64,000 bases of DNA, from the NCBI GenBank assembly GCA_964570665.1, contig CAZMZH010000003.1:244701-308700 (forward strand), written 5' to 3'. The stretch's first letter is position 1; every line of letters begins with the position of its first letter. The position numbers and the translations under genes were made by a program. The stretch is from an uncultured Nitrospinota bacterium (GTDB lineage: Bacteria; Nitrospinota; Nitrospinia; Nitrospinales; JAJDAT01). Below are positions 27,511-36,066 of this stretch, one piece after another. The notes under the pieces were generated by a model. The model was not told the DNA's origin. It ran no database searches and saw nothing but the letters and a program-made list of their open reading frames with translations.

Positions 27511-29118
27511 ATGAAAAAAATTGAAATCGCCGATTGGAATGGCTTAAATGACCGACAACCCGTTTACGCTTTAGTCGCAAATGTGGATTTAGTTGCGATC
27601 CGTTATGACGATTCCATATCCGTTTTTTATGGAAGGTGTTTACATCGCGACGCGCTACTGGCGGACGGTTATGTCGATGGCGATAATCTTATCTGCGGGG
27701 TGCATAAATGGGATTTCCGAGTAGATACTGGTATTAGTGAGTACGATAACGACGAACAGTTGGCAAAGTTTTCCGCATGGGTTGAAAACGACCGAGTTTA
27801 CGTGGATGAAGAAGAAATTGCCGAATGGGAGAAAGAACACCCGCAACCGTTTAATCGAGAAGATTATCAGGGACTTTATATTGATACCCATGGAAGCGAC
27901 GCCGAACCGCATGTGAGTTTTATTCAAGAATTGGCGAAAAATGGATTGTCTAAATTGGGGCATCATGGTCGAGTTGGGGCGATGGGCGTTCCCAAACAAG
28001 AGTTGCCTATCTGGGAAGATATCCAGTTTGTAACGGCTCAGTTGTCGAGACTGCCTTTGCTAGACGACGATCCGGTAGAAACAGGAGTTGTAATCGGACC
28101 AAAAACCAAAAAACCTTTGAAATTAGAAATTCCATTATTTGTTTCCGACATGAGTTTTGGCGCATTGTCGGAAGAAGCCAAGGTTGCTTTGGCAATGGGA
28201 GCCGAACAAGCGGGAACCGGAATCTGTAGCGGAGAGGGCGGTATGCTTCCCGAAGAGCAAGCCGCCAACAACCGATACCTTTACGAACTTGCTTCCGGCC
28301 GATTTGGGTTTTCCATGGACAAAGTGAAACAGTGTCAGGCGTTTCATTTTAAAGGCGGGCAAGGCGCGAAAACGGGAACCGGCGGACATCTTCCCGGCGA
28401 AAAAGTAAAAGGAAAAATTGCCGAAGTACGCGGTCTCAAGGAAGGCGAATCGGCTATCTCGCCACCGCGATTTCCGGATTGGAAAGATCTATCTCCCATT
28501 AAAGACTTTGCGGATCAAGTGCGCGAAGAAACCGGCGGAATTCCGATTGGTTATAAACTGTCCGCGCAAAAGATCGAAGCGGATATAGATGCCGCGTTAA
28601 AAGTGGGAGTGGACTATATTATTCTAGACGGACGCGGAGGCGGTACCGGGGCGGCGCCGCTCATTTTCCGCGATAATATTTCGGTTCCCACCATTCCCGC
28701 ATTGGCGCGAGCGCGGCGATACCTTGATTCATTAGAGAGAACGGATATTAGTTTGGTTATAACGGGCGGTTTAAGAATCCCAGCCGATTTCGCCAAAGCC
28801 TTGGCGTTGGGAGCCGACGCCATTGCCGTTTCAAACTCCGCTTTACAGGCGATAGGTTGTATTGGTATGCGAGCGTGTAATACCAATAACTGTCCGGTCG
28901 GAATCGCGACACAAAAGGAACATCTAAGAGAACGATTAATAGTTCAAGAATCGGCAAATCGATTAGAGAATTTTTTCAAAGCGTCTGTTGAATTGATGAA
29001 AGTAATGGCGAGAGCTTGCGGGCATGAAAGATTGAGCGATTTTAATTTAGACGATTTAGTGACCTGGAAAAAAGACATGTCCGATTTAGCTGGCGTTCCC
29101 TACGGTGGTGTCCGATAA
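27511..29118 (+). CDS. Rieske [2Fe-2S] domain fused to glutamate-synthase-type FMN domain (GltS family protein)
   Basis: 535 aa. Rieske ligands GRCLHRD...LICGVHKWDF. GltS FMN-domain strings GEGGMLPEE, HFKGGQGAKTGTGGHLPGEKV, ILDGRGGGTGAAP. Confidence 0.9.
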   Translation: MKKIEIADWNGLNDRQPVYALVANVDLVAIRYDDSISVFYGRCLHRDALLADGYVDGDNLICGVHKWDFRVDTGISEYDNDEQLAKFSAWVENDRVYVDEEEIAEWEKEHPQPFNREDYQGLYIDTHGSDAEPHVSFIQELAKNGLSKLGHHGRVGAMGVPKQELPIWEDIQFVTAQLSRLPLLDDDPVETGVVIGPKTKKPLKLEIPLFVSDMSFGALSEEAKVALAMGAEQAGTGICSGEGGMLPEEQAANNRYLYELASGRFGFSMDKVKQCQAFHFKGGQGAKTGTGGHLPGEKVKGKIAEVRGLKEGESAISPPRFPDWKDLSPIKDFADQVREETGGIPIGYKLSAQKIEADIDAALKVGVDYIILDGRGGGTGAAPLIFRDNISVPTIPALARARRYLDSLERTDISLVITGGLRIPADFAKALALGADAIAVSNSALQAIGCIGMRACNTNNCPVGIATQKEHLRERLIVQESANRLENFFKASVELMKVMARACGHERLSDFNLDDLVTWKKDMSDLAGVPYGGVR

Positions 29119-29135
29119 AAAAAACAATTTTTTTA

Positions 29136-29526
29136 GCCACAGAAAAACACAGAAGAGTATGGAAGAAAAATCTTTTTACCGCAAAGGGCGCAGAGGACGC
29201 AAAGGACTAAAAGTTTAGTCGGTAACTAGGTTGATTGAAAAAGAAATTAGTTTAAATGAGAAATGTTCAGCTAAAGTAGTCTAGGTCAAAGTCAGTCCCC
29301 ACAGCGTGTCATTCAGACGAGCCCCTTTAGTGGCGAGGAAGAATCTCATTTAGAACCGTGATTTCTTAGAAAAGGCCCTATTAAGTTTTAAAACTAAATC
29401 TTAGTTTTTTACGAATCGCAGATTTGTTTCTTGTTTCGTCCTTAGGATCACAAAGTTTCTTTTGCGAGTAGTCTAAGCATAATAATCCTTTTTCTTTTTC
29501 TGTGTTTTTCTGTGCCATTCTGTGGC
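29136..29526. repeat. 391-bp MITE-like composite repeat bounded by inverted CACAGAA-periodic ends
   Basis: Left end GCCACAGAAAAACACAGAA (29136-29154). Right end TTCTGTGTTTTTCTGTGccaTTCTGTGGC (29498-29526), containing an exact 17-nt inverted match. The interior holds 3 x 9-nt CGCARAGGR (29180-29206) and module copy 2 (29295-29402). No ORF. Confidence 0.7.
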
Positions 29527-29541
29527 GTATTTTATGATTCC

Positions 29542-30114
29542 ATGCCTAAGCCACCTCCCAAAAAATCCAAAAAGAAACTTGCCATCATCTGCGGGGTATT
29601 GATCGCCGTTTTTTTGATAGTCGAGCTAACGGGAATCCGCACTCAACTAAGCCCAGAAAAAATAAAAGAACTATTTGACCGCCATCAAGTTACAGGGGTG
29701 TTTCTTTTTTGTCTCGCATTTAGCGTCGGCAATTTATTGTACATCCCCGGTTGGGTGTTTTTAGCGGGAGCGGTTTTTGCGTTGGATAAAGAATGGGGCG
29801 GAGTGGTGACTTATGCGGCGGCATTGTGTTCGTCCACGATTAGTTTTTTCTTGATCCAATCGATTGGCGGTGATGCTTTGCGCAGTTTGGACAGCAAGTT
29901 AGCCGATAAAATTTTTGATAAGTTAGACGACCGTCCTATTTGGTCTATTGCAACATTGCGAATGATTTTTCAGACTGTACCCGCGTTGAATTACGTCTTG
30001 GCCATGGCCAAAGTTCGATTCAGTCATTACTTTTTAGGAACCGCCATAGGACTCCCTCTACCTATTTTTATCTACTGCTACTTTTTCGAAATCATCTTCA
30101 AAAATCTTTTATAG
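29542..30114 (+). CDS. TVP38/TMEM64 (DedA-superfamily) membrane protein
   Basis: The track ORF begins at GTG 29512 inside the repeat; ATG 29542 is preferred (MPKPPPKKSKKKLAIICGVLIAVF...). VFLFCLAFSVGNLLYIPGWVFLAGAVFAL is typical of the family. The TAG stop is part of the next repeat. Confidence 0.7.
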   Translation: MPKPPPKKSKKKLAIICGVLIAVFLIVELTGIRTQLSPEKIKELFDRHQVTGVFLFCLAFSVGNLLYIPGWVFLAGAVFALDKEWGGVVTYAAALCSSTISFFLIQSIGGDALRSLDSKLADKIFDKLDDRPIWSIATLRMIFQTVPALNYVLAMAKVRFSHYFLGTAIGLPLPIFIYCYFFEIIFKNLL

Positions 30115-30283
30115 CCACAGAATTTCACATAATTCTCCGCGCGTCATCCCGAGTTCAGCCTGTCCTGAGGCACTCGAAGGATCGAGGGATCTCGCTTTGA
30201 TTTAAATAATTGTCATGGTGAGCCTGTCGAACCACGACCACCTCTATTGCCTTTTCTGTGTTTCTTCTGTGAAATTCTGTGGC
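30114..30283. repeat. 170-bp MITE-like repeat with perfect 16-bp terminal inverted repeats
   Basis: GCCACAGAATTTCACA (30114-30129) is the exact reverse complement of 30268-30283. The interior carries GCGCGTCATCCCGAG...GAGGGATCTC and ATGGTGAGCCTGTCGAACCAC. No credible ORF. Confidence 0.75.
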
Positions 30284-30327
30284 GAAAATTTTTTTTCGAT
30301 TCTCCAAAATTAGATTATAATCTTTGG

Positions 30328-31473
30328 ATGGAATCATTGATCCCTTCCGATAATCATTGGGCGTTGTTGGCGGTTTTATTGACTGCGGCAATTTTTGGAT
30401 TTTGGGCCGAAAAAACTTCCTGGGGAGCAAAAATATCCAGCGCGGTTGCGACGATGTTTTTTACTTTTTTTTTGTCCAACCTGAACATCCTGCCGCCTAC
30501 CGCTCCTCTTTACGATCTTGTTTGGTCTTACTTAGTTCCTCTGGCAATTCCTTTACTTCTTTTAACCACTCATCTTGGAAAAATATTAAAAGAATCCGGT
30601 TCGCTGCTGAGAGCTTTTATGTTGGGAGCGTTTGGTACTGTTCTGGGAACGGTTGTCGCCATCGCCATCATTCCAATGGGGATTGAAGATTGGAAGTTGG
30701 CGGGAATTTTTTGCGCGACTTATATCGGCGGTTCAATCAACTATGCCTCAGCTTCGAAAGCGTTGGGATTGGAAGACGGCTCTTTGTTATCCGCCGGAGC
30801 CGCTGCCGATAATCTGCTGATGACTCTGTTTTTCCTCATTTTATTTTCGCTTTCGTCATTGAAATGGATCAAAAAGATGTTCGAGTTTGAGGAAGAGGAG
30901 CGATTGAATGTGGAACCTCAACCGAGTGAAGAAGAGATTCCAAACGATTTGCGCAGAATGAATCCTGGACAATTGGCTTTAGCGTTTGCATCCAGCGCTT
31001 TGATTTGCGCTCTGGGATTTGAAGTGGAACGCTTTTTGGGACTTTCAGGTTCTGGGATTTTAACGATTACATTGTTGTCAATGGTTGTTGGTACTCTTTT
31101 CCCAAAACTGTTTGCAGAAATGGGAACCCCTAAAGTTCTGGGAATATTTTTAATGCAGATTTTTTTCGCCGTTATTGGGGCGTCGGCGCATTTTGCGACC
31201 GCAATTGAAAAAGGGCCGGTTCTTTTTTTCTTTGCGGGAACGATTTTGACGATCCATCTCGCCGTTATCCTGATTGGAGGAAAGCTTTTCAAAATGGATT
31301 TACGCGACCTCCTGGTTGCCAGCAACGCCAACATGGGAGGTCCCACCACCGCCGCCGCCATGGCATCGACAAAAGGCTGGGGACACCTTACCGCTCCGGC
31401 TATTTTGTGCGGAACTTTGGGTTATGGAATGGGTACTTTTATCGGAGTGGGATTGGCAAACTTGCTTAAATAA
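30328..31473 (+). CDS. DUF819-like polytopic membrane protein (putative transporter)
   Basis: The track ORF starts at TTG 30247 inside the repeat; ATG 30328 gives MESLIPSDNHWALLAVLLTAAIFGFWAEKTSWGAKIS. Roughly 10 or more TM helices. The family call is from recollection of the DUF819 N-terminus. Confidence 0.6.
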   Translation: MESLIPSDNHWALLAVLLTAAIFGFWAEKTSWGAKISSAVATMFFTFFLSNLNILPPTAPLYDLVWSYLVPLAIPLLLLTTHLGKILKESGSLLRAFMLGAFGTVLGTVVAIAIIPMGIEDWKLAGIFCATYIGGSINYASASKALGLEDGSLLSAGAAADNLLMTLFFLILFSLSSLKWIKKMFEFEEEERLNVEPQPSEEEIPNDLRRMNPGQLALAFASSALICALGFEVERFLGLSGSGILTITLLSMVVGTLFPKLFAEMGTPKVLGIFLMQIFFAVIGASAHFATAIEKGPVLFFFAGTILTIHLAVILIGGKLFKMDLRDLLVASNANMGGPTTAAAMASTKGWGHLTAPAILCGTLGYGMGTFIGVGLANLLK

Positions 31474-31677
31474 AAAAAATGATCCTTCGATTATATTTTC
31501 GTCAAAATATTGCCAATTTTATGGCGCCGGAATTGCTTTTAAAATAAGCGTCGCTTATGCGGGCGTTTTGGCTGTAAGGCTCGGAAAACCGGACCTTGCG
31601 ACCGATGTTCATGAAAAGGGACACAAGGGACGAGATTCTGGGCAGGATCTCAACCCTTTAATAAAAATAGAGATGTT

Positions 31678-33765
31678 CTAACCCTCTTTGTAATCGTCGT
31701 CTAAGAGGGCCTGTAGCTCTTTAACGGTTGTTACTGGGGCCAGGCAGGTTCCGCGTCGGCACACGTACGCCGTCGCCTTACCGTCGACTAATTTGCGATC
31801 CTGTAACAATTTAACAGGTGTTGTCGCTATTTCGTCTTCGAAGGCGAACGCGAAGGTCGCTTGTGGAAAAAATCCGGTTCGAATCGTAGCTAGGAATTCC
31901 TCGGTACTAGGATCGTTACGTTTTCCAATAACGGCAACTTCTTTTGCTCCTCCCAGGAAAAAATGAGCCGCTTGCATCATAAAGGGCGAGTTCAATCCAT
32001 ATTCCATGAGGTCTTCTTGAAAGACCATTAAGATTCCCAAACCTTTCTTTTCCCATTCTGGATCGACTTCGTAAGCGGAAAGTTTAAGAAAAGCCATTGC
32101 CGCTGCGCTGTTACCAGAAGGTTCCACTCCATCATAACCAGTTAATTGTCTGACGATTAATTTTTCGGCGTCTTCGGCTGTTTCGTAAAAAGCGCCGTTA
32201 TCGGCGGCAAATTTTTCCGCAACAACGGTCATTAAATTACGCGCTTTATTTAAATAGTCGGGATTGTAGGTTGCTTCGTATAATTCCAGGCAAGCCAAGG
32301 AGACAGATGCGTAATCGCAAAGGTAAGCGTCGTACTTTGCTTCTCCTTCTCGATAACGTCGCAAAAGTCTGCCTTCGGGAGTTGTTAATTTATCGAAAAT
32401 GAATTGGCAAGACTTTTCCGCTTTTCCGATCAAATCTTCGTTTTCTAAAACACGACCCGCTTTAGCGAAAGCAGTTATGGCTAATCCATTCCACGACGCT
32501 AATATTTTGTCGTCTAATAACGGTCGTATTCGTTTGCCGCGGACTTCTAGTAGTTTTTCTCGCGCTTCTTGTAACCGTTCTTTTACTTGATCAATGTGGA
32601 AACCTTTTTCTTTTGCGAATTGGGAGATTGTTTGTTGAACATTGAGGATATTTTTTTTCTCGAAATTACCTTGTTCGGTAACGTTGTAATAGGGAACGAC
32701 AATTGAAGCCGTTTCTCTCCCTAAAATGTTTTGGACTTCCTCAAGTGTCCACACGTAAAACTTGCCTTCAACTCCTTCGCTATCGGCGTCTTCCGCGCTA
32801 TAGAATCCTCCTTCGGGCGAGGTCATGTCCCGGTCGATGTATTGGAAAACATCGCAGGCCCATTCTGCAAATTCTTGTTGGCCCGTTGTCTGAAAGGTTT
32901 CGATCAGCGTTATTGCAAATAAGGCGTTGTCGTACATCATTTTTTCAAAATGGGGTACCAACCAGCGGTAATCGGTACTGTACCTGGACAATCCGCCGCC
33001 AATTTGATCGTAAATACCGCCATGTTTCATAGCGCGTAAAGTGGATTGTGTCATTTCAAGCGATTTTAGATGTCCCGTTCTCCGATGATATCTGAGCAAA
33101 AAAGAGAGACCCATACTTGGCGGAAATTTGTTTTGTTGCTGGAATTTGAATCCGGCGTTTATGTTATCGAAAGAAGATTCAAAAAGTTTAACGGTACGCT
33201 CTTCTCCATCAAAGCTCAAAGAGTCTTTATCTCCAGCTTTTTCTAAAGCAAATTGATCTTTTAAGGCTTCTGATATAGCTTTACCTTGTTTCTCGACCTT
33301 TTCATGCTCGTTGTGCCAAATGTTTAAAAGAAATTTGAGCACATCTTGGAAAGAAGACATGCCGTATCGTCCTTCGGGAGGGAAATAAGTGCCTCCGTAA
33401 AAGGGAATGCCTGCGGGAGTTACAAAAACATTCAATGGCCAGCCGCCTTGTTGGCCGAGGGTTTGTAGAGATTTCATATAAACGCTATCCACATCCGGCC
33501 GCTCCTCGCGGTCCACCTTGATGCAGACAAAATTCTCATTCATTATCTTGGCGGTTTCTTCGTTTTCAAAGGATTCTCTTTCCATGACGTGGCACCAGTG
33601 ACATGTCGCGTAACCGATGCTGACAAGAACGGGTTTATTTGCTTCTTTGGCAATTTCAAACGCTTCATCGCCCCAGGGGCGCCAATTAACGGGATTATGA
33701 GCGTGTTGTAAAAGGTAGGGGCTTTTTTCGTGTACCAGTTCGTTTGTATATTTTGGATTACTCAT
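31678..33765 (-). CDS. thioredoxin-domain protein of the DUF255/YyaL family (thioredoxin + six-hairpin glycosidase-like domain)
   Basis: [18 protein letters not shown] and [18 protein letters not shown]. The track start GTG 33813 overlaps aroA by 56 nt. ATG 33765 ([22 protein letters not shown]) overlaps only in ATGAGTAA and fits the family N-terminus. Confidence 0.85.
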   Translation of the reverse strand: MSNPKYTNELVHEKSPYLLQHAHNPVNWRPWGDEAFEIAKEANKPVLVSIGYATCHWCHVMERESFENEETAKIMNENFVCIKVDREERPDVDSVYMKSLQTLGQQGGWPLNVFVTPAGIPFYGGTYFPPEGRYGMSSFQDVLKFLLNIWHNEHEKVEKQGKAISEALKDQFALEKAGDKDSLSFDGEERTVKLFESSFDNINAGFKFQQQNKFPPSMGLSFLLRYHRRTGHLKSLEMTQSTLRAMKHGGIYDQIGGGLSRYSTDYRWLVPHFEKMMYDNALFAITLIETFQTTGQQEFAEWACDVFQYIDRDMTSPEGGFYSAEDADSEGVEGKFYVWTLEEVQNILGRETASIVVPYYNVTEQGNFEKKNILNVQQTISQFAKEKGFHIDQVKERLQEAREKLLEVRGKRIRPLLDDKILASWNGLAITAFAKAGRVLENEDLIGKAEKSCQFIFDKLTTPEGRLLRRYREGEAKYDAYLCDYASVSLACLELYEATYNPDYLNKARNLMTVVAEKFAADNGAFYETAEDAEKLIVRQLTGYDGVEPSGNSAAAMAFLKLSAYEVDPEWEKKGLGILMVFQEDLMEYGLNSPFMMQAAHFFLGGAKEVAVIGKRNDPSTEEFLATIRTGFFPQATFAFAFEDEIATTPVKLLQDRKLVDGKATAYVCRRGTCLAPVTTVKELQALLDDDYKEG

Positions 33766-35017
33766 ACATTTCTTGAAATCGGTCGAAGAAATCGGGAAAA
33801 GACTTTCCGACACATTGCGGGTTTTTTATTTGAATCCCAGGTATTTTTAATCCAGCTAAGGCAAAGCTCATAGCCATCCGGTGGTCGTTGTAGGTTTCAA
33901 TTTCAGCGGATCGATATTTTCCAGGTTTTATTAAAAGAAAATCAGAACCGGCTTTAACCTCTGCGCCAAGGCGAGACAGCTCTGTTGCTAAGGCTTCAAT
34001 GCGGTCCGTTTCTTTGATTTTAAGGTTAGCGATACCTGTGATAACGGTTTCGCCTTCGGCGAAAAGAGCCGCAACGGCCAGTGTCTGAGCTGTGTCTGGC
34101 ATGTTATTCATATCGACATGAATGCCTTTTAACGGTCCGCCGCGAACGATGATACTATCCGGTTTCTTTTCCACTTCACAACCCATCTGAGCCATAACGT
34201 CGGCAAATTTAATATCTCCCTGAACGCTATTTGGATTCAAACCGGTTACGGTTACTTCGCCTCCAGAAACGGCGGCGGCGGCGATAAAATAGGATGCGCT
34301 AGACGCGTCTCCTTCAACCCGGTAAACACGCGGTTTGTATTTTTGCCCGGCTTTGACGGAAAACTGGCGATAATCATTATTTTCTATCGAAACGCCGAAA
34401 GCTGCCATGACTTCCAACGTAATATCAATATAACTCTTAGAGGTTAGTTCTCCCACAATATTAATTTGGGTATCTTGGTCAAAATAAGGAGCGCATTGTA
34501 AAACAGACGTGAGATATTGACTGCTTTTGTTGCCGGCCAATCCCGCTTCGCCACCGCGAACGCTTCCGCCTTGAATGGTTAATGGAGGACATTGATTTCC
34601 CAGGTCGGCTTTTGCGTTGACGCCTAGCGATTGCAAACATGCGAGGAGATCGCCAATAGGCCGTTCCAACATTCTCTCGTCGCCAGTCAATTTGGATTCT
34701 CCTTTAGCTAGGCAGGCAAAAGTAGTAAGAAACCTCATGGTCGTTCCAGCATTGCCAACATAAATTTCATTTTGAGGAGCGCCTAACTGGGATTCCGGTC
34801 GTTTTATCCGAAACGCATTTTCTTCTTTTTCAGCGGATACCCCATAATCCTTCAAGGCTTGACACATAAAATGAGTGTCGTCGCTAAAGAGCGGGTTTTC
34901 GACAACGCTTTCGCCTTCGGCTAAAGCGGCAATAAGCAAAGCTCGATTTGTGTAACTTTTTGAAGGCGGAGTTTTTACGGTGGTTTTTAAAGGGCCAGAG
35001 GTTTTAATTTCGATCAA
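33758..35017 (-). CDS. aroA: 3-phosphoshikimate 1-carboxyvinyltransferase (EPSP synthase)
   Basis: [40 protein letters not shown]. The track start ATG 35146 would add about 43 non-conserved residues. TTG 35017, preceded by GGAG 10 nt upstream, gives a normal-length N-terminus ([21 protein letters not shown]). Confidence 0.9.
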   Translation of the reverse strand: MIEIKTSGPLKTTVKTPPSKSYTNRALLIAALAEGESVVENPLFSDDTHFMCQALKDYGVSAEKEENAFRIKRPESQLGAPQNEIYVGNAGTTMRFLTTFACLAKGESKLTGDERMLERPIGDLLACLQSLGVNAKADLGNQCPPLTIQGGSVRGGEAGLAGNKSSQYLTSVLQCAPYFDQDTQINIVGELTSKSYIDITLEVMAAFGVSIENNDYRQFSVKAGQKYKPRVYRVEGDASSASYFIAAAAVSGGEVTVTGLNPNSVQGDIKFADVMAQMGCEVEKKPDSIIVRGGPLKGIHVDMNNMPDTAQTLAVAALFAEGETVITGIANLKIKETDRIEALATELSRLGAEVKAGSDFLLIKPGKYRSAEIETYNDHRMAMSFALAGLKIPGIQIKNPQCVGKSFPDFFDRFQEMYE

Positions 35018-35123
35018 TTGAAAGGGTCTCCATATTGGGGAAATATTTGATTTTAAAACAGGAACTATACCATAAAAAGGGCCGTTGACCTGGCGCCGGT
35101 TTGCTTGTTTATGAATTAGGATT

Positions 35124-35477
35124 TTGCTACTATTGAACGCAAACATATCAATTTACGTGGCGGAAAGAGTTTCATTTTTGGAAGATAAACCAAAAAGTTT
35201 AGTTAAGTCCTTTATACATAAGTATTGGACGAGTAAATCAGAGGCAGAAAAGAAACGGCTCAAATCGTTTATTCCCCTGTTTATGTATACGTTTGCTTTT
35301 CTTTATGGCGTTATTTATCTTTCTATCCTAAATACAGTTAATAGAAACCAAACGGGATCAACAGTTCGGTCTGGCTTTGGAGATAAAACCTATGCCCAAA
35401 GGCAGGCCGAAAAGTTAAAAAAAGAAATCGACGATAGTTTTGTTGGCTATCGGAAACGAGTTTCCGGGGGAAGGTAA
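35124..35477 (+). CDS. possible small single-TM protein
   Basis: 117-aa TTG ORF (alternative GTG at 35157). One TM, FIPLFMYTFAFLYGVIYLSIL, and a basic C-terminus. The ORF ends 8 nt before the next gene. Weak support. Confidence 0.3.
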   Translation: MLLLNANISIYVAERVSFLEDKPKSLVKSFIHKYWTSKSEAEKKRLKSFIPLFMYTFAFLYGVIYLSILNTVNRNQTGSTVRSGFGDKTYAQRQAEKLKKEIDDSFVGYRKRVSGGR

Positions 35478-35485
35478 AAAATAAG

Positions 35486-36013
35486 ATGAAGCGAACGTTA
35501 CTTATATTCAATTGGTTGCATTTAGTTTCTCTAGCGTTTTGGGTCGGAGGTATGTTTTTACTCGGCATTTTGGTCGAGATAATGGTTCGAATAAACCTAA
35601 AGGAACAACCGCTTGTAGCTAGTAAAATAATGAATAAAATTATGGACGTTTTTAATGTTCATATCATTTATACCTGTATAGCCATCATTTTGATTGCTGA
35701 GGCATTAAAGTTTTTGGCCGGAAAATGGAAATCAGGCGGTTACGAAAAACAAGTTGTAACTAAGAAGAAATATACCCGCGAAGTTTTTCTTGGAGTTATG
35801 ATAGTTTTAGCGCTTTATATAGGGGGCGTTCTTCGACCAGAAATGCACGAAATGGATAAATTAAAGAAAGCGTCGCCAGAAAATAAAAAGTTGCAGATTC
35901 AATTCGACCGATACCACCAGAAGTTGACATGGTTGTATACCGTTAACATGATATTGGGTTTGTCCTGTTTCTACATCCATGGAAAAGAAATGATGCGTTT
36001 TAGGGACGAATGA
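35486..36013 (+). CDS. 4-TM membrane protein (DUF4149 / CopD-like pattern)
   Basis: 175 aa with RBS GGAAGG. The N-terminal helix WLHLVSLAFWVGGMFLLG has the HxxSxAxWxGG pattern I associate with CopD/DUF4149-type proteins. Confidence 0.5.
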   Translation: MKRTLLIFNWLHLVSLAFWVGGMFLLGILVEIMVRINLKEQPLVASKIMNKIMDVFNVHIIYTCIAIILIAEALKFLAGKWKSGGYEKQVVTKKKYTREVFLGVMIVLALYIGGVLRPEMHEMDKLKKASPENKKLQIQFDRYHQKLTWLYTVNMILGLSCFYIHGKEMMRFRDE

Positions 36014-36066
36014 ATTAATAATTTCCCATTGCCTTCCTTTTCGCTTTTGATCCGCCGGACTGCTTC

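Noticed and set aside
27655-28957. Cluster of six minus-strand ORFs (62-114 aa) inside the Rieske-GltS gene
   Set aside because: The host gene is GC-richer than its surroundings, which keeps antisense frames open. The forward frame carries clear Rieske and GltS motifs.
29940-30430. Track ORFs 29940..30200 (+) and 30155..30430 (-), and the N-terminal extension 30247..30327 of the DUF819-like ORF
   Set aside because: They read through the 170-bp TIR-bounded repeat (for example VVRQAHHDN comes from GTGGTTCGACAGGCTCACCATGAC). They are repeat-derived spurious frames.
30357-31361. Alternate-frame and antisense ORFs inside the DUF819-like gene (30357..30686, 30632..30820, 30918..31361)
   Set aside because: The annotated frame encodes a coherent multi-TM protein, and these ORFs show no features of their own.
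25412-31677. Integron-like cassette array (co-oriented genes separated by repeats)
   Set aside because: There is no intI. The repeats lack the RYYYAAC...GTTRRRY attC core organisation. The spacers are much longer than attC sites, and the genes are large with housekeeping-like content.
31274-31681. 135-aa plus-strand ORF
   Set aside because: It is an alternate frame of the 3-prime end of the DUF819-like gene, continuing into the repeat-like spacer. The composition is Trp/Pro-rich and unlike a real protein.
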